Numbered from the stretch's first letter, positions 40,295-51,011 are shown. The stretch is 58,167 bases of DNA from Candidatus Hydrogenedentota bacterium (GCA_963745075.1 CAVUWV010000004.1:1-58167); one strand, 5' to 3'. The notes: generated by a model from the letters alone, not told the origin. A program made the numbers and translations.

Positions 40295-40855
40295 TCAAAC
40301 GAAGAAGGGATTGTATTTGCTTTCGATGGCGACGGTGCTGGAGGGTCCGTGGCCGACGTGGACTTCCGTTTCCGGGGGCAGCGTGAAGATGTGCTTTCGG
40401 ATGGCGTCGAGTTGGCGTTGTTTGTCCGCGTCCGAAGTGGTGCCACCCACGGAGCCCGCGAATAGCGCGTCTCCGGTGAATACACACCCCGGAAAGGCGA
40501 GACTCACGCCCTCCGGCGTGTGGCCGGGGGTTTCGAGCACCGTACCGGATAGTTTCCCCACGGTCACGCTGTCGCCGTGGTGGACATGCGTCGCGGGATG
40601 TCCGTTCACGCGGTCGAGGTTGGCGACCACTTCCGCGTCGAATCGTTTCAGGTACTCACCCAAGCCGTCGGTATGGTCGTAGTGATTGTGGGTAATGAAG
40701 ATCTTCTTCAGAGTGAGCCCGTGCTCGTCGAGGAACTTCGGAACTTCCGGATCGAAAGCGCCCGCGTCGATCAGCATGGCCTCGTGCGTCTCCGGACAGG
40801 CGAGGATAAACGCGTTGACTTCGTTCACATCGAGCAGGAAGTGGCGTACGATCAT
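40295..40855 (-). CDS. MBL-fold metallo-hydrolase (glyoxalase II-like)
   Basis: THNHYDH, TPGHT, FTGDALF, GHGP. Confidence 0.92.
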   Translation of the reverse strand: MIVRHFLLDVNEVNAFILACPETHEAMLIDAGAFDPEVPKFLDEHGLTLKKIFITHNHYDHTDGLGEYLKRFDAEVVANLDRVNGHPATHVHHGDSVTVGKLSGTVLETPGHTPEGVSLAFPGCVFTGDALFAGSVGGTTSDADKQRQLDAIRKHIFTLPPETEVHVGHGPSSTVAIESKYNPFFV

Positions 40856-41370
40856 TGTTTCGCGCCCTCCAGGTTGGCGCGGTCAAAATTGGCCTGGCCC
40901 GTGGCGCCGCGTAAATCGGCGTTGGCGAGGTTCGCGCGGCGGAAGATGGCGCGCTGAATGTCCGCATCGAGGAAACTCGCCCCTTCCATGTCGGCGTTTC
41001 CGGGCCGTGAATAGAACATTTTTGCGTTGTCGAATCGCGCGTTGTGCGCCTTGGTTCCGACAAGGTTGGCGCGTTGAACGTTCGCGCCGGTCAAGTTGGC
41101 GTCTGACAGGTCGGCCGCACCAAAGACCGTGAACTCCATATTCGCGCCCGAGAGGTTTGCCTTACGCAGGTCGGCGCCGTCGAAAAAGGCGCGCCGCAAG
41201 TCCGCTCCGTGCAAATCGCAGCCGGATAGATTCGCTCCGGAAAGCCGGGCGTCCCGAAGGTCCGCCCCGGCGAGGTCCGCGCCGGAGAGGTCCACCGCGC
41301 CGAGGCGTTCACCGGCACACTCACCGGCCTTGATCTTTTGTATTAACGAATCACGATCCATCCCGTTCAC
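40852..41370 (-). CDS. Pentapeptide repeat protein
   Basis: Repeated A(D/N)LxG pentapeptides. Confidence 0.93.
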   Translation of the reverse strand: MNGMDRDSLIQKIKAGECAGERLGAVDLSGADLAGADLRDARLSGANLSGCDLHGADLRRAFFDGADLRKANLSGANMEFTVFGAADLSDANLTGANVQRANLVGTKAHNARFDNAKMFYSRPGNADMEGASFLDADIQRAIFRRANLANADLRGATGQANFDRANLEGAKQ

Positions 41371-41379
41371 CTTACCCTG

Positions 41380-42015
41380 CTAAAATTCATCCCGATGGGA
41401 GAGCTTGCCCTCGATCCAATCGCCATAATACGCCGTCTCTTTGACCGCCGCTTTCATTTCCCAACGCGTCACGTGCTCGGCAAGAAAACAGGTTGTCAAA
41501 ACCAGTCGCTCTTCCTCACCATGCTTCGCGATGGCGAATGCGCCTTGGACGAGTTTCATGTTCGCCCGGAGCGCCCACGCGTACGACCGCTCATCCGGCG
41601 TGCCGGACACGGTGTAGACCTGAATCAAGTGAATACCGTCCTTGCGCTGAAACTTCCGAATGTGAACGGTTTGCTTCCGGTCGTTCCGCAGGCTGACTTC
41701 GACACTGTATTCGTCGTCGTCCTTCTTTGTCACCAGCCGTTCGCCTGCTTTTTCGCACGATCGGACGAGTTCTTCCAGCGTGAACGACCGCTCGACCGGA
41801 CGCGGTTTGACCCCTTCCAACGCGGCCGCGGCCTGCCCGAGGGCTTGATCGACGGCGCGCCGCACGTCAACGTCCATTTCGTCGCTGGCGTCGTGGAGTG
41901 CGCCCAGGGCCCGAATCGCGATCTTGCCTAGGAGATCGGCGCCGTCGCGGCGGTTTACCCATCCCGCATCGCGATTCCGGAGGTTTTCCGCAGCAGAATC
42001 AATGACTTCGAACAT
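41380..42015 (-). CDS. Hypothetical protein (HEAT-like N-terminus, YbjN/CesT chaperone-like C-terminus)
   Basis: DEMDVDVRRAV HEAT-like helix; RKQTVHI..WALRANMKLVQGAFAI..GDWIEGKL. Confidence 0.55.
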   Translation of the reverse strand: MFEVIDSAAENLRNRDAGWVNRRDGADLLGKIAIRALGALHDASDEMDVDVRRAVDQALGQAAAALEGVKPRPVERSFTLEELVRSCEKAGERLVTKKDDDEYSVEVSLRNDRKQTVHIRKFQRKDGIHLIQVYTVSGTPDERSYAWALRANMKLVQGAFAIAKHGEEERLVLTTCFLAEHVTRWEMKAAVKETAYYGDWIEGKLSHRDEF

Positions 42016-42157
42016 GGTCCGGATTCTCCTTTCCCTCCATTCTAGCAAGGGTTCGGAAGTTGTGCCAATTCTCGGTCACTCCGGCCAAGAAATGCCCGCG
42101 TATCGAATGCTAGAATGCCCGGTACGGTTAGACAAGGAAACGAACGGACGGTTTTTC

Positions 42158-43324
42158 ATGAGACTACCCGATAGAAGCTACCGTTGCTCGAAGCCGTGGT
42201 GCATCCTGCTTTCAGCACTCCTCGTCGTTTCCAGTGCGATGGGGCAGGATGCCCTAGACCGGAACGCCTATCTCACCCGGATCGCGGAGCTACAGCAGAA
42301 GGGTCCCGATATCGCCCGGACCCAGGGGAAAGAAGCGTTGATTCGCCAGTACCGCACGCTGATCGACGAAAACCCCGACTACGCCAACAACATTCAGTTG
42401 GAAACTCAAATCGGCTTGATTTACGAATCCGACCTCAGCGACAGCGGCGAACCCCCGAACATGCAAGCCGCGTACAATCAGTATGTCGGGATCATCGACA
42501 CCTATGACCCATCCAATCCGTACATGAAACAGGTGCGTCAGATGGCGGCCGATCGTGCGGTCCAATTGGATCCGGCTGCCGCTGAGGATCTGTACTGGGG
42601 GATGATCGAGGACTATCCCGACGATCCCACCGTGGTGCTGTCGAGTTATTACAAGCTGGGGCAATTGGCCGAGCAGAATGGCGACCCAGCGGCCGCGAGG
42701 GAACTTTACGAGGAAGTCATGAATCACGCGCCATCGGACGATGCGCTGTCAGAAACGGAGCGCGCCATCGTGCAACAGTACGAAGCGAACGCCGTGTTGA
42801 ATCTCATGGCGAGGGAGATCCGTCAAGCGCGGACTCCGGAAGAACGTCTCGCGGTCGTGCAGTCCTTTCTCGACAAATATCCTGAACTGTCGGATACGCA
42901 GAGCGATCTGATCGACCGATTGCTCAAGAGCATCGAGACTATGGGAGAACGGGAAGGCAGCCGTACGGAACTGAGAGAAGCCGTCCGATCGTTGGTGGCG
43001 CTGCTCCAGCAGCGCCGCGACGAGGACGAGGCGGCGCCCCCGGAAGCCCGGGCTTCCGGTCAACAAGAACGCACCATGGCCGCGTCGGAAGACCAACCCA
43101 CCATTGGCGGGAGGCAAGGCGGTCGCGGTTCCCGAAAGGAAGTGGCGTCAGGTTCGGCAGCTCAGCCCGGGGAACGCGGCGAGGATTCCGCGCAACCGTC
43201 GGGCGAGGAACCCCCCTCGCCCACCGTTGCGTTGAAGGGGCATTTCTGGGTTCTTCCGGCGATCGTGATCGCGGCCGCGCTCGTAGCGATCGGTGTCGTC
43301 GTCGCGAAACGCCGGAAGTCTTGA
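42158..43324 (+). CDS. Secreted TPR-like protein with C-terminal membrane anchor
   Basis: Signal peptide, YYKLGQLAEQNGDPAAARELYEEV, C-terminal TM plus KRRKS. Confidence 0.65.
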   Translation: MRLPDRSYRCSKPWCILLSALLVVSSAMGQDALDRNAYLTRIAELQQKGPDIARTQGKEALIRQYRTLIDENPDYANNIQLETQIGLIYESDLSDSGEPPNMQAAYNQYVGIIDTYDPSNPYMKQVRQMAADRAVQLDPAAAEDLYWGMIEDYPDDPTVVLSSYYKLGQLAEQNGDPAAARELYEEVMNHAPSDDALSETERAIVQQYEANAVLNLMAREIRQARTPEERLAVVQSFLDKYPELSDTQSDLIDRLLKSIETMGEREGSRTELREAVRSLVALLQQRRDEDEAAPPEARASGQQERTMAASEDQPTIGGRQGGRGSRKEVASGSAAQPGERGEDSAQPSGEEPPSPTVALKGHFWVLPAIVIAAALVAIGVVVAKRRKS

Positions 43325-43328
43325 GACG

Positions 43329-44579
43329 TTATGCCTTACCGGCGGCGATTTCTTCCGCCGCGCCGTATTTCGCCGCCACGTACTCGTCCACGATTTGCCG
43401 GAATTCTTTTGCGAGTTGATCGGGCGTGCCCGTAAGCGTCTTGTACTTTTGACCATCGATGTAGACCGGACAACTCGGCGCTTCGCCCGTGCCGGGCAGG
43501 CTGATGCCGATGTTGGCGGCTTTGGACTCGCCGGGGCCGTTGACTACGCAGCCCATGACGGCGAGTTTCAACTCTTCAAAACCGCCGTACTGCCGTTTCC
43601 ATTCCGGCATCTTGCCGCGAATGTACTGCTGCGTCTGCTCCGCGAGTTCCTGGAACACCGTGCTCGTCGTCCGACCGCAACCGGGACAGGCCGTGATACT
43701 GGGCGCAAAGGAACGCAGCCCGAGGGATTGCAGGATTTCGCAGGCCGCGTACACTTCTTCACACCGGTCGCCGCCGGGACGGGGCGTAAGCGACACGCGA
43801 ATGGTGTCGCCAATCCCTTCCGCGAGGAGGACACCCAGCGCCGAGGCGGACCACGCCACGCCTTTCGTGCCCATGCCCGCTTCGGTCAGACCAAGGTGCA
43901 GGGGTTGATCGGTCTTTGAGGCGAGGTCGCGGTACACTTCGATAAGGTGCAAGGGTGTCGAACTTTTGCAGGAGATGATGATCTGGTCTTTGCGCAGACC
44001 GCACTCGAGGGCGAGGTCTGTGGACTGCAAGGCCGAAATCACCATGCATTCGTTGATGATATCTTCCGAGTCTTTGCCGAGATTCTGGTCCGTGTTCTCC
44101 TGCATCATTTGCATAACCAGTTCCTGGTTCAGCGATCCCACGTTGACGCCGATGCGCACCGGTTTGCCGTTATCCACCGCAACTTGACAGATGGTCGAGA
44201 ACTGGACGTCGCGTTTGGAGCCGCGCCCCACGTTGCCCGGGTTGATACGGTACTTGTCCAGCGCTTTCGCGCAATCCGGATACTGGGTCAGGAGTTTGTG
44301 CCCGTTGAAATGGAAGTCGCCGATGATGGGCGCGTCGCATCCCGCGTCGCGGACCCGTTGCCGGATTTCGGGGACGGCCGCGGCGGCCTCGGCGGTGTTT
44401 ACCGTGATACGAACGAGTTCCGATCCGGCGTTGGCTAAGTCCACGATCTGCTTGGCCGTGGAAACGGGGTCTTCGGTATCGGTATTGGTCATGGACTGGA
44501 CGACGACCGGGGCGCCGCCGCCCACTTGGATGCCACCGACCAAGACGCCGACCGTGTTCCGGCGTTCATTCAACACCAT
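43329..44579 (-). CDS. ispG: (E)-4-hydroxy-3-methylbut-2-enyl-diphosphate synthase
   Basis: [53 protein letters not shown]. Confidence 0.97.
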   Translation of the reverse strand: MVLNERRNTVGVLVGGIQVGGGAPVVVQSMTNTDTEDPVSTAKQIVDLANAGSELVRITVNTAEAAAAVPEIRQRVRDAGCDAPIIGDFHFNGHKLLTQYPDCAKALDKYRINPGNVGRGSKRDVQFSTICQVAVDNGKPVRIGVNVGSLNQELVMQMMQENTDQNLGKDSEDIINECMVISALQSTDLALECGLRKDQIIISCKSSTPLHLIEVYRDLASKTDQPLHLGLTEAGMGTKGVAWSASALGVLLAEGIGDTIRVSLTPRPGGDRCEEVYAACEILQSLGLRSFAPSITACPGCGRTTSTVFQELAEQTQQYIRGKMPEWKRQYGGFEELKLAVMGCVVNGPGESKAANIGISLPGTGEAPSCPVYIDGQKYKTLTGTPDQLAKEFRQIVDEYVAAKYGAAEEIAAGKA

Positions 44580-44743
44580 GGGAAAACTCTCCTGGGGAAA
44601 GGTTTTGTTGTTGACGATTCGTGCACAGGGAGTACCGGCAGCCGCCCGGCGCACCTCAGCGTATTGTAGCATAAGCGGAACAACCGACCCATGGGACCAA
44701 TAAGACGTATGAGACCTATAGGATGCTCGTGCCCGCGGTCCAC

Positions 44744-45190
44744 CTATTGGAACACGATCTTCGGCTTTTTTGACTTGCCGCAGGCACGGCAGTTTCCGCA
44801 GGATTTGATCTTTTCGGTAACGAGATCCACTTCGATCTGGCCGTCGATTACGAGGCGGCCGTCGTCGTAGGAGATTTCGGCGGCGGCACAGGGGTCGCCT
44901 TTCCCGCCGGGCTCCTTGCCGACCAGGACTTCCAGAACGGACTGGATGGCAAAGAAGTGTTTCAGACCCAGGAACTCTTCCAGTTCGTCCTCGACGGGGA
45001 ATTCGGTGACGTAGTGTTCGGCGTCGTAGGCCAGGATTTCATCGACCGTGCGGCCGCGAAACTGTTCGATCAGAAGGTTACCTGCGCCGACCCCTTGGCC
45101 GCAGGTTCGCTTGGAAAAGAAATAGTCCTCCAGCCGCTCGTCGTTGTCGAGTGTCACCTGGATGAGTTCGGTTACGTCGCTACAGGGCAT
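44744..45190 (-). CDS. Cys-rich hypothetical protein
   Basis: [25 protein letters not shown]; last gene of the nfu cluster. Confidence 0.65.
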   Translation of the reverse strand: MPCSDVTELIQVTLDNDERLEDYFFSKRTCGQGVGAGNLLIEQFRGRTVDEILAYDAEHYVTEFPVEDELEEFLGLKHFFAIQSVLEVLVGKEPGGKGDPCAAAEISYDDGRLVIDGQIEVDLVTEKIKSCGNCRACGKSKKPKIVFQ

Positions 45191-45215
45191 CTATCCTCGA
45201 ATCCGGCCAAATCCG

Positions 45216-45557
45216 TCACGATTGTTTGCTGGCTTCTTCGACTTTCGCCGCGAAGATGAAATCGCTTTCGGTCAAGCCATCAATTTTGTGGGTCCAAATG
45301 GTTACCTTGGTCTTGCCCCAGGTGGTCAAGATGTCGGGGTGATGATTTTGATCTTCGGCGATCTCCCCCACCTTGTTGGTGAAGGCCAGGGCGTCGACAA
45401 AGTTGGGAAATTTGTATTCTTTTTCCAGATGGTGTTCGTTCACCACCTGCCAATCGTGGCCCAGCATCTTGTGCAAACCTTCTAACTGGGAACCTTTCAG
45501 CGGCGGCACGCCGCCCTTGCATGGCACACACTGTTTGCCGGCCAACTCGGTCGTCAT
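45216..45557 (-). CDS. phhB: Pterin-4-alpha-carbinolamine dehydratase
   Basis: CVPCKGGVPPL, AEDQNHHPDI, WTHKIDGLTESDFIFAAK. Confidence 0.92.
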   Translation of the reverse strand: MTTELAGKQCVPCKGGVPPLKGSQLEGLHKMLGHDWQVVNEHHLEKEYKFPNFVDALAFTNKVGEIAEDQNHHPDILTTWGKTKVTIWTHKIDGLTESDFIFAAKVEEASKQS

Positions 45558-45583
45558 ATGGGGATCGCTCCTTTCCGACGCGA

Positions 45584-45928
45584 TTACACGTCAAACACCG
45601 GCTGGGGCCGTTCGTGCCAGATGTTCAGGTCGGACTCGTCATCCAGCGTGACCGCGCCCAGCCGCACCGTATAGGCATCTTCGCCGTTGGGGTAATAGGT
45701 GATGTCCGTGGACTCGATGTCCCAGGCGCCTTCGTCCGGACCCTGCAACAGCAAGGTATGCGGAAAGCTGCCGGGGTTGCCCGTGGCCTCGAACGTTTCG
45801 CCCGGCCCGGTGCCGCCGCTGTGAGCGTCAAATTCTACCGGAAATCCGTTAATGACCCATTTCGGCGGCGTGGTCCGACCCGACTTACCGGTTTTGACGA
45901 CGATATCGAATGTGTTCAGCTTTGGCAT
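45584..45928 (-). CDS. Hypothetical all-beta protein (PLAT/LH2-like)
   Basis: Co-oriented ORF, 1 bp from nfu; FDIVVKTG..WDIES beta-strand pattern. Confidence 0.5.
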   Translation of the reverse strand: MPKLNTFDIVVKTGKSGRTTPPKWVINGFPVEFDAHSGGTGPGETFEATGNPGSFPHTLLLQGPDEGAWDIESTDITYYPNGEDAYTVRLGAVTLDDESDLNIWHERPQPVFDV

Positions 45929-45929
45929 C

Positions 45930-46745
45930 TTATCCCATCCCTGCGGGCAATTCGCTGTAGAACGGATTCTTGCCCGCGCTGTGATCGGTCACATCAAGGA
46001 TCGCGCCGACGCCTGGCATAGCACTGCGGAAGGCCTCGTGGATCCCTTGCCGGAGGGTGATGTCCGACGCCGCGCAGCCCTGACACCCGCCCATCATTTC
46101 GATGTAAACGGTATTGCCCTCGACGCGGTCGAGACTGATGGCGCCGGAGTGAGCCGCGATGCCGGGATTGATCTCCGTGTCGATGACCCGTTGCAAGGTG
46201 TTGCAGATCTCGTCTTCCGACGGCAAACCCGCCAGGAAGGTTTCCGTCACGACCGGCTTCTCTTCCAGAAGATGCCCGCGAATTGCGGACCCGATTTCCT
46301 TGGCCATATGATCCCAGTCGCCGAAGATGGTCGGCTTCCGCGTGACGGTGACGGTGAAGTCGTGAAGAACGACCGAGTCGACGCCGTCTACGGCAAATAA
46401 TGCTTGCGCCAGTGGCGACTCAACGGCTAGCTCCGGCTTCGGAAACCACGCGGAATGGCCCTCGAATACGGGGCGATCCACCATAAACACACACGAGCCG
46501 TTGCCCTTCTCGACGCGGGCTTTGATCCGGATATCGGCGCTCCAACTGGAGTGGTCGGCGTTTTCGGTCAAGACGGGGGCATTCACCACGCGCCGGGGCA
46601 TGGCCGGCTCCGGTTGCGGGGCGGCTGTTTGGTCGTCATCCGAAACGTCGATACCACCGGCCAACGCATCGCGCGGTGGGATCCGTTCGATGGGCTTCGC
46701 CTTGCCCGTGTCATTCTTGAAAACTTTGGAAAACCATGATGGCAT
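45930..46745 (-). CDS. nfuA: NifU/NfuA-family Fe-S carrier
   Basis: SPLAQALFAVDGV scaffold domain; INPGIAAHSG..GGCQGC. Confidence 0.85.
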   Translation of the reverse strand: MPSWFSKVFKNDTGKAKPIERIPPRDALAGGIDVSDDDQTAAPQPEPAMPRRVVNAPVLTENADHSSWSADIRIKARVEKGNGSCVFMVDRPVFEGHSAWFPKPELAVESPLAQALFAVDGVDSVVLHDFTVTVTRKPTIFGDWDHMAKEIGSAIRGHLLEEKPVVTETFLAGLPSEDEICNTLQRVIDTEINPGIAAHSGAISLDRVEGNTVYIEMMGGCQGCAASDITLRQGIHEAFRSAMPGVGAILDVTDHSAGKNPFYSELPAGMG

Positions 46746-46839
46746 GGCACTTAGACTCCTTCTCAGGCATTGGGTGGACCTCTCGCCTCCCTCTAGATAA
46801 GGACACTGGTCTAAAGCATGTTATTCCCGAGGGTTGCGC
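46701..46839. repeat. Direct repeat copy 1 (nfu 5' end plus upstream region)
   Basis: 139 bp; about 20 mismatches to 49457-49595 by manual alignment; last 29 bp identical. Confidence 0.9.
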
Positions 46840-46993
46840 ACTCTGATATCCACCGCATAATGCCTTAAAAGTGCAAAGGCTTCTGCGCGCTCAATGATAC
46901 CTTGTGCAAAAGTTGATACGGGTGTAGACTGGCGTTCTCAAGGGGCAACCGGGCCATCGTCACTCGTGGGGTATCACGAAGGGGGATACGGTG

Positions 46994-49321
46994 ATGGCCG
47001 AATCACGGCGGATGGTAATATCAAGGGCTTGGTTTCAGGTATCAATAGTCACATTCCTCATCGGCTTCGCCGTCCTCGGTTATCTGGCCTACCGAATCAC
47101 GTCCGACCGCCCTCCCATCCCGGCTCGGGTGGTAGATCCCGACGGCACCACCCTGTTCACACGCGAGGATATACTGGCCGGCCAGCACGTGTTTCAGAAA
47201 TATGCACTCATGCAGTACGGGACCCTGTTCGGCCACGGAGCCTATCTTGGTCCCGATTTTACCGCCCAGTACCTCCACCGGCAGGCGGTAGCGATGCAAG
47301 ACCAGTACGTTTCACAGGGCCTGTCGGATGCGGATGCGGCGGCACAAGTTCGAACGGAGTTGAAACGATTCTCGTACGATGCCGAAAACGGTGAACTGAT
47401 TTATTCGAGCGGTCAGGCACAGGCATTCGAAAAGTTAGAGGAATTCTACCGCGAATACTTCACGACCACGTCGGAGCAGAAGGGGCTGAAGCGGCCCTAC
47501 ATAGGCAATGACGAAGCCGTACGCGATCTCGCCTCGTATTTTTCGTGGGCAGCGTGGGTCTGCTCCGCAACCCGACCCGGCACGACCTATTCCTACACCA
47601 ACAATTGGCCGCCGGAGCCGTTGGCTGGCAACGAGCCCACGGGACAATCATTTATCTGGAGCGTGCTGAGCCTGATTGCCCTGCTGGGCGGAAGTGGTCT
47701 GGTGCTGTTCACGATCGGACGATACGATTTGCTGGGGTGGCATCGGGCGGATGAGGATGAGACAGGACGTAGCCTCGAATTCCGGCAGCCGGAACAGGTG
47801 CGACTGACACCGGCCCAACGCGCCACTGCTTGGTATTTTCTGGTGATAGCCGGACTCTTTCTGATGCAGGGGCTCTTGGGGGGCGCAAACGCCCACTACC
47901 ACGTTGAGCCGGGCGGGTTCTATGGCATCAACCTCGGCGAATGGCTTCCCTACAACTTAACGCGGACATGGCACCTTCAACTGGCCTTGTTCTTCGTCGC
48001 GTCCAGTTTTCTGGCCATGGGCATCTTTATCGCTCCGATGATTGCGGGACGCGAACCGCGCCATCAGGAAAAGCTCGCACTGTTTCTTTTCGGAGCGCTG
48101 GTGCTGGTCGTGGTGGGAAGTTTGGCGGGTGAGGCCGCCAGTATCAAGGACTACCTCACCATCGAGGGACCTTGGTTTTGGATCGGCGCGCAGGGATGGG
48201 AGTACCTGGACCTTGGACGCTTGTGGCAGATGTTGTTGGTCGTGGGCATGATCCTGTGGCTGATCATCCTTTTTCGGGGCATGCGGTCGCGGTTGCGCGG
48301 CGAGCACCCCGGTAATTTGCCGTATTTGTTCCTGTACAGCGCTTTCTCAATCCCGCTCTTTTATTCCGTGGGGATGGCTTTCGGCAGAGATACCGAGTTC
48401 GCCATGGTGGATTTCTGGCGGTTTTGGGTTGTCCACCTCTGGGTAGAAGATTTCCTGGAGTTGTTTACGACCATCATGGTCGCGTATGTCTTCGTGCTCC
48501 TGGGAGTCGTCCGGATTACTACCGCCACGCGTGTTGTCTATCTGGATATCATCCTGTATTCCATCGGCGGTGTGATCGGCACGATGCACCACTTGTATTT
48601 CAGCGGAGCGCCCGCCGTACATATGGCCCTTGGCGCGACGTTCTCTGCGATGGAGGTCATTCCACTGCTGCTACTGACTTTTGAGGCTTGGCGATTCATG
48701 CGGTTGGGCGGTTCGGCGCCGGGGCAATCGACCCTTGGGGTATCAAGCGATACATTTCCACACAAGTGGGCGGTCATGTTCCTTATTGCGGTGGGTTTTT
48801 GGAACTTTGTCGGAGCGGGGGTATTCGGGTTCTTAATCAACCTTCCAATTGTGAGCTATTTCGAAATCGGCACACAATTCACGGCCAACCATGGTCACGG
48901 CGCCATGATGGGTGTATACGGCATGCTGGCTATCGGTTTTTTCATGTTTGTTGCACGCTATTTCGTGCCCCCTGACCGTGGATGTGAACGCGCGATGCGT
49001 ATTTCATTCTGGTCTCTCAATGTCGGCCTGGCACTGATGATGTTTCTGAATCTCATACCGATCGGCGTGATCCAACTCTACGATAGCTTTACGGATGGTT
49101 ATTGGATGGCACGTGAGCCCGAGTTCTTTCAGCAACCGCTGGTTCGGTTTTTTGAATGGGCCCGGCTTCCCGCTGATTTTCTGTTCATCCTCGGAGGAAT
49201 TCTTCCGGTCGTCTATCTGGCGGTGCGCATGTTCATCCACCGAAACCGCCACGGCGAAGTCCCCGTGGGCGATGAGACCGAATCGTTGACTCAGCCTCGC
49301 CAGCGGCCCCAGGAAGCATAG
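46994..49321 (+). CDS. norZ: Quinol-dependent nitric oxide reductase (qNor)
   Basis: GHGAYLGPDFTA, SYTNNWP, RTWHLQL, EYLDLGR, VHLWVE, GTMHHLY, HGHGAMMGVYG. Confidence 0.95.
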   Translation: MAESRRMVISRAWFQVSIVTFLIGFAVLGYLAYRITSDRPPIPARVVDPDGTTLFTREDILAGQHVFQKYALMQYGTLFGHGAYLGPDFTAQYLHRQAVAMQDQYVSQGLSDADAAAQVRTELKRFSYDAENGELIYSSGQAQAFEKLEEFYREYFTTTSEQKGLKRPYIGNDEAVRDLASYFSWAAWVCSATRPGTTYSYTNNWPPEPLAGNEPTGQSFIWSVLSLIALLGGSGLVLFTIGRYDLLGWHRADEDETGRSLEFRQPEQVRLTPAQRATAWYFLVIAGLFLMQGLLGGANAHYHVEPGGFYGINLGEWLPYNLTRTWHLQLALFFVASSFLAMGIFIAPMIAGREPRHQEKLALFLFGALVLVVVGSLAGEAASIKDYLTIEGPWFWIGAQGWEYLDLGRLWQMLLVVGMILWLIILFRGMRSRLRGEHPGNLPYLFLYSAFSIPLFYSVGMAFGRDTEFAMVDFWRFWVVHLWVEDFLELFTTIMVAYVFVLLGVVRITTATRVVYLDIILYSIGGVIGTMHHLYFSGAPAVHMALGATFSAMEVIPLLLLTFEAWRFMRLGGSAPGQSTLGVSSDTFPHKWAVMFLIAVGFWNFVGAGVFGFLINLPIVSYFEIGTQFTANHGHGAMMGVYGMLAIGFFMFVARYFVPPDRGCERAMRISFWSLNVGLALMMFLNLIPIGVIQLYDSFTDGYWMAREPEFFQQPLVRFFEWARLPADFLFILGGILPVVYLAVRMFIHRNRHGEVPVGDETESLTQPRQRPQEA

Positions 49322-49456
49322 TTGGGGAGCAATAAGAACACATCGGGGTAGGAAGAGACGTGTGTCGAACGGAGTTCGTGAGTGATCGAGCCGTCCGCGG
49401 CCCTCTTCCTCACCAACGACGGTGAACATACGGCACCGTGCTCCCACAGGCTTAGT

Positions 49457-49595
49457 CTTGCCCGTGTCGTTCCTGAAAACTTTGGAAAACCATGTTGGCA
49501 TGGTACTTAGGCGCCTTTGCAAGGATTGGGCGGACCTGCCGTCTCCCTCTACATAGTGACACCGAGCTAAAGCATGTTATTCCCGAGGGTTGCGC
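49457..49595. repeat. Direct repeat copy 2 (remnant nfu 5' end, MPTWFSKVFRNDTGK)
   Basis: Matches 46701-46839. Confidence 0.9.
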
Positions 49596-49703
49596 GTGGT
49601 GCGCGGCGACGTTCGACCGGTAAGCGATACTGCTTCGCTGGTGGTTTGACTGTCTTCATGCCAGCCCGGTATCCTTTCCTGTTCCCTGGCGCAGAGGATT
49701 CGT

Positions 49704-51011
49704 ATGAAAACGCCGTATTGGTCGAATTGGTCGGGGTCTGTCCGATGCAGGCCCGGCGTGTACAGTGTGCCGCGCAGTGTCGAGGAAGTGGTCGACGTGG
49801 TGCGGAATGCGGAGCGCGATCGTAAGTCCGTCCGCGTTGTGGGGTCGGGCCACTCGTTCACGGACCTCGTAAAGACCGACGAGGTATTGGTCTCGCTGGA
49901 CCATCTGAGCGGCATCCTGGAAGTGGATACCCGTACACGGGAAGCGACGGTTCAGGCTGGGACGAAGCTCTTCAGGCTGAACGACTTGTTGGAGCGATAC
50001 GGACTCGCCATGGAGAATCTGGGCGACATCAACCGCCAATCCCTGGGCGGGGCTATCGGCACGGGCACGCACGGCACCGGCCTAACCTTCGGCAATCTTT
50101 CCACTCAAGTCATTGGATTGACGCTCGTCACGGCTTCGGGTGGGTTGCTCGAATGTTCGGAAGAGCAGAATCGCGACGTGTTCAAGGCGGCGCAGGTATC
50201 GCTCGGCGCTCTCGGGATCATCGTTGAGGTCAAGCTGCGTCTGGTTCCCGTGTACCGGCTGTCTTATGTGCGCAAAAAAGGCGATTTCCGTGAGACGATT
50301 CAGCAAGCCTTCGCCTACGCGCAGGCCAACCGGCACTTCGAGTTCTACCTTTTCCCGCACACAGAAACGGTTCAACTGAAGTTTCTGAACGAGACCGACA
50401 TGCCGGCGGTGCGCCACCCGTTGCGGAAGTGGTTTACGGACACGTTCCTGGAAAATACCGCCTTCGGACTCATCAGCCGCCGCTGCCGGTCCAAGCCCGA
50501 GCGCTGCCCGGCCATGACCCGGTTCATGGCGAATCAACTCAAGGACATCCAGGAGATCGACACGGGCCACCGCGTACTTTCGACCAAACGCACCGTGCGG
50601 TTTAATGAGATGGAGTACGCCGTCCCGATGGACGACGGCATCAAGGCTATCCAGGACATCAGAAGCTGGATCGAGCGGGACGATGTCGCGGTCCACTTCC
50701 CCATCGAGTTCCGGTACGTAAAAGGGGATGACATACCGTTGAGCCCCTGCTATGGCCGGGACTCGGTCTGCATCTCCGTCCACATGTTCCTGGGCATGCC
50801 CCACGAGCGCTATTTCGAGGGGTGCGAACGTATCTTTCGCCGTTACGGCGGTCGCCCCCACTGGGGTAAGATGCACAATCTGACCGCCTCGGATCTCGCC
50901 GAACGCTACCCCAAGTGGGACGATTTCCAGCGCGTGCGGGAGGAGTTGGACCCGGGCGGCGTGTTTCTGAACGGATATCTACGTTCGCTCTTCATAAGCG
51001 GAACTTCGTAA
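49704..51011 (+). CDS. FAD-linked oxidoreductase (aldonolactone oxidase/ALO family)
   Basis: VGSGHSF, GAIGTGTHG, FNEMEY, FPIEFR, GRPHWGK. Confidence 0.9.
   Translation: MKTPYWSNWSGSVRCRPGVYSVPRSVEEVVDVVRNAERDRKSVRVVGSGHSFTDLVKTDEVLVSLDHLSGILEVDTRTREATVQAGTKLFRLNDLLERYGLAMENLGDINRQSLGGAIGTGTHGTGLTFGNLSTQVIGLTLVTASGGLLECSEEQNRDVFKAAQVSLGALGIIVEVKLRLVPVYRLSYVRKKGDFRETIQQAFAYAQANRHFEFYLFPHTETVQLKFLNETDMPAVRHPLRKWFTDTFLENTAFGLISRRCRSKPERCPAMTRFMANQLKDIQEIDTGHRVLSTKRTVRFNEMEYAVPMDDGIKAIQDIRSWIERDDVAVHFPIEFRYVKGDDIPLSPCYGRDSVCISVHMFLGMPHERYFEGCERIFRRYGGRPHWGKMHNLTASDLAERYPKWDDFQRVREELDPGGVFLNGYLRSLFISGTS

Noticed and set aside
44688..44723. Four degenerate 9-mers (CCCATGGGA CCAATAAGA CGTATGAGA CCTATAGGA) upstream of ispG
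   Set aside because: Short, degenerate and single in this window; no function can be supported.
46994..49321. Possible nitric oxide dismutase (NOD) instead of qNor
   Set aside because: It retains HLWVE and the adjacent His-His ligands (GTMHHLY) and HLQ typical of conventional qNor.
49004..49522. 172-aa minus-strand ORF starting like Nfu
   Set aside because: Only about 17 codons match nfu (duplication remnant); the rest runs antisense into qNor.
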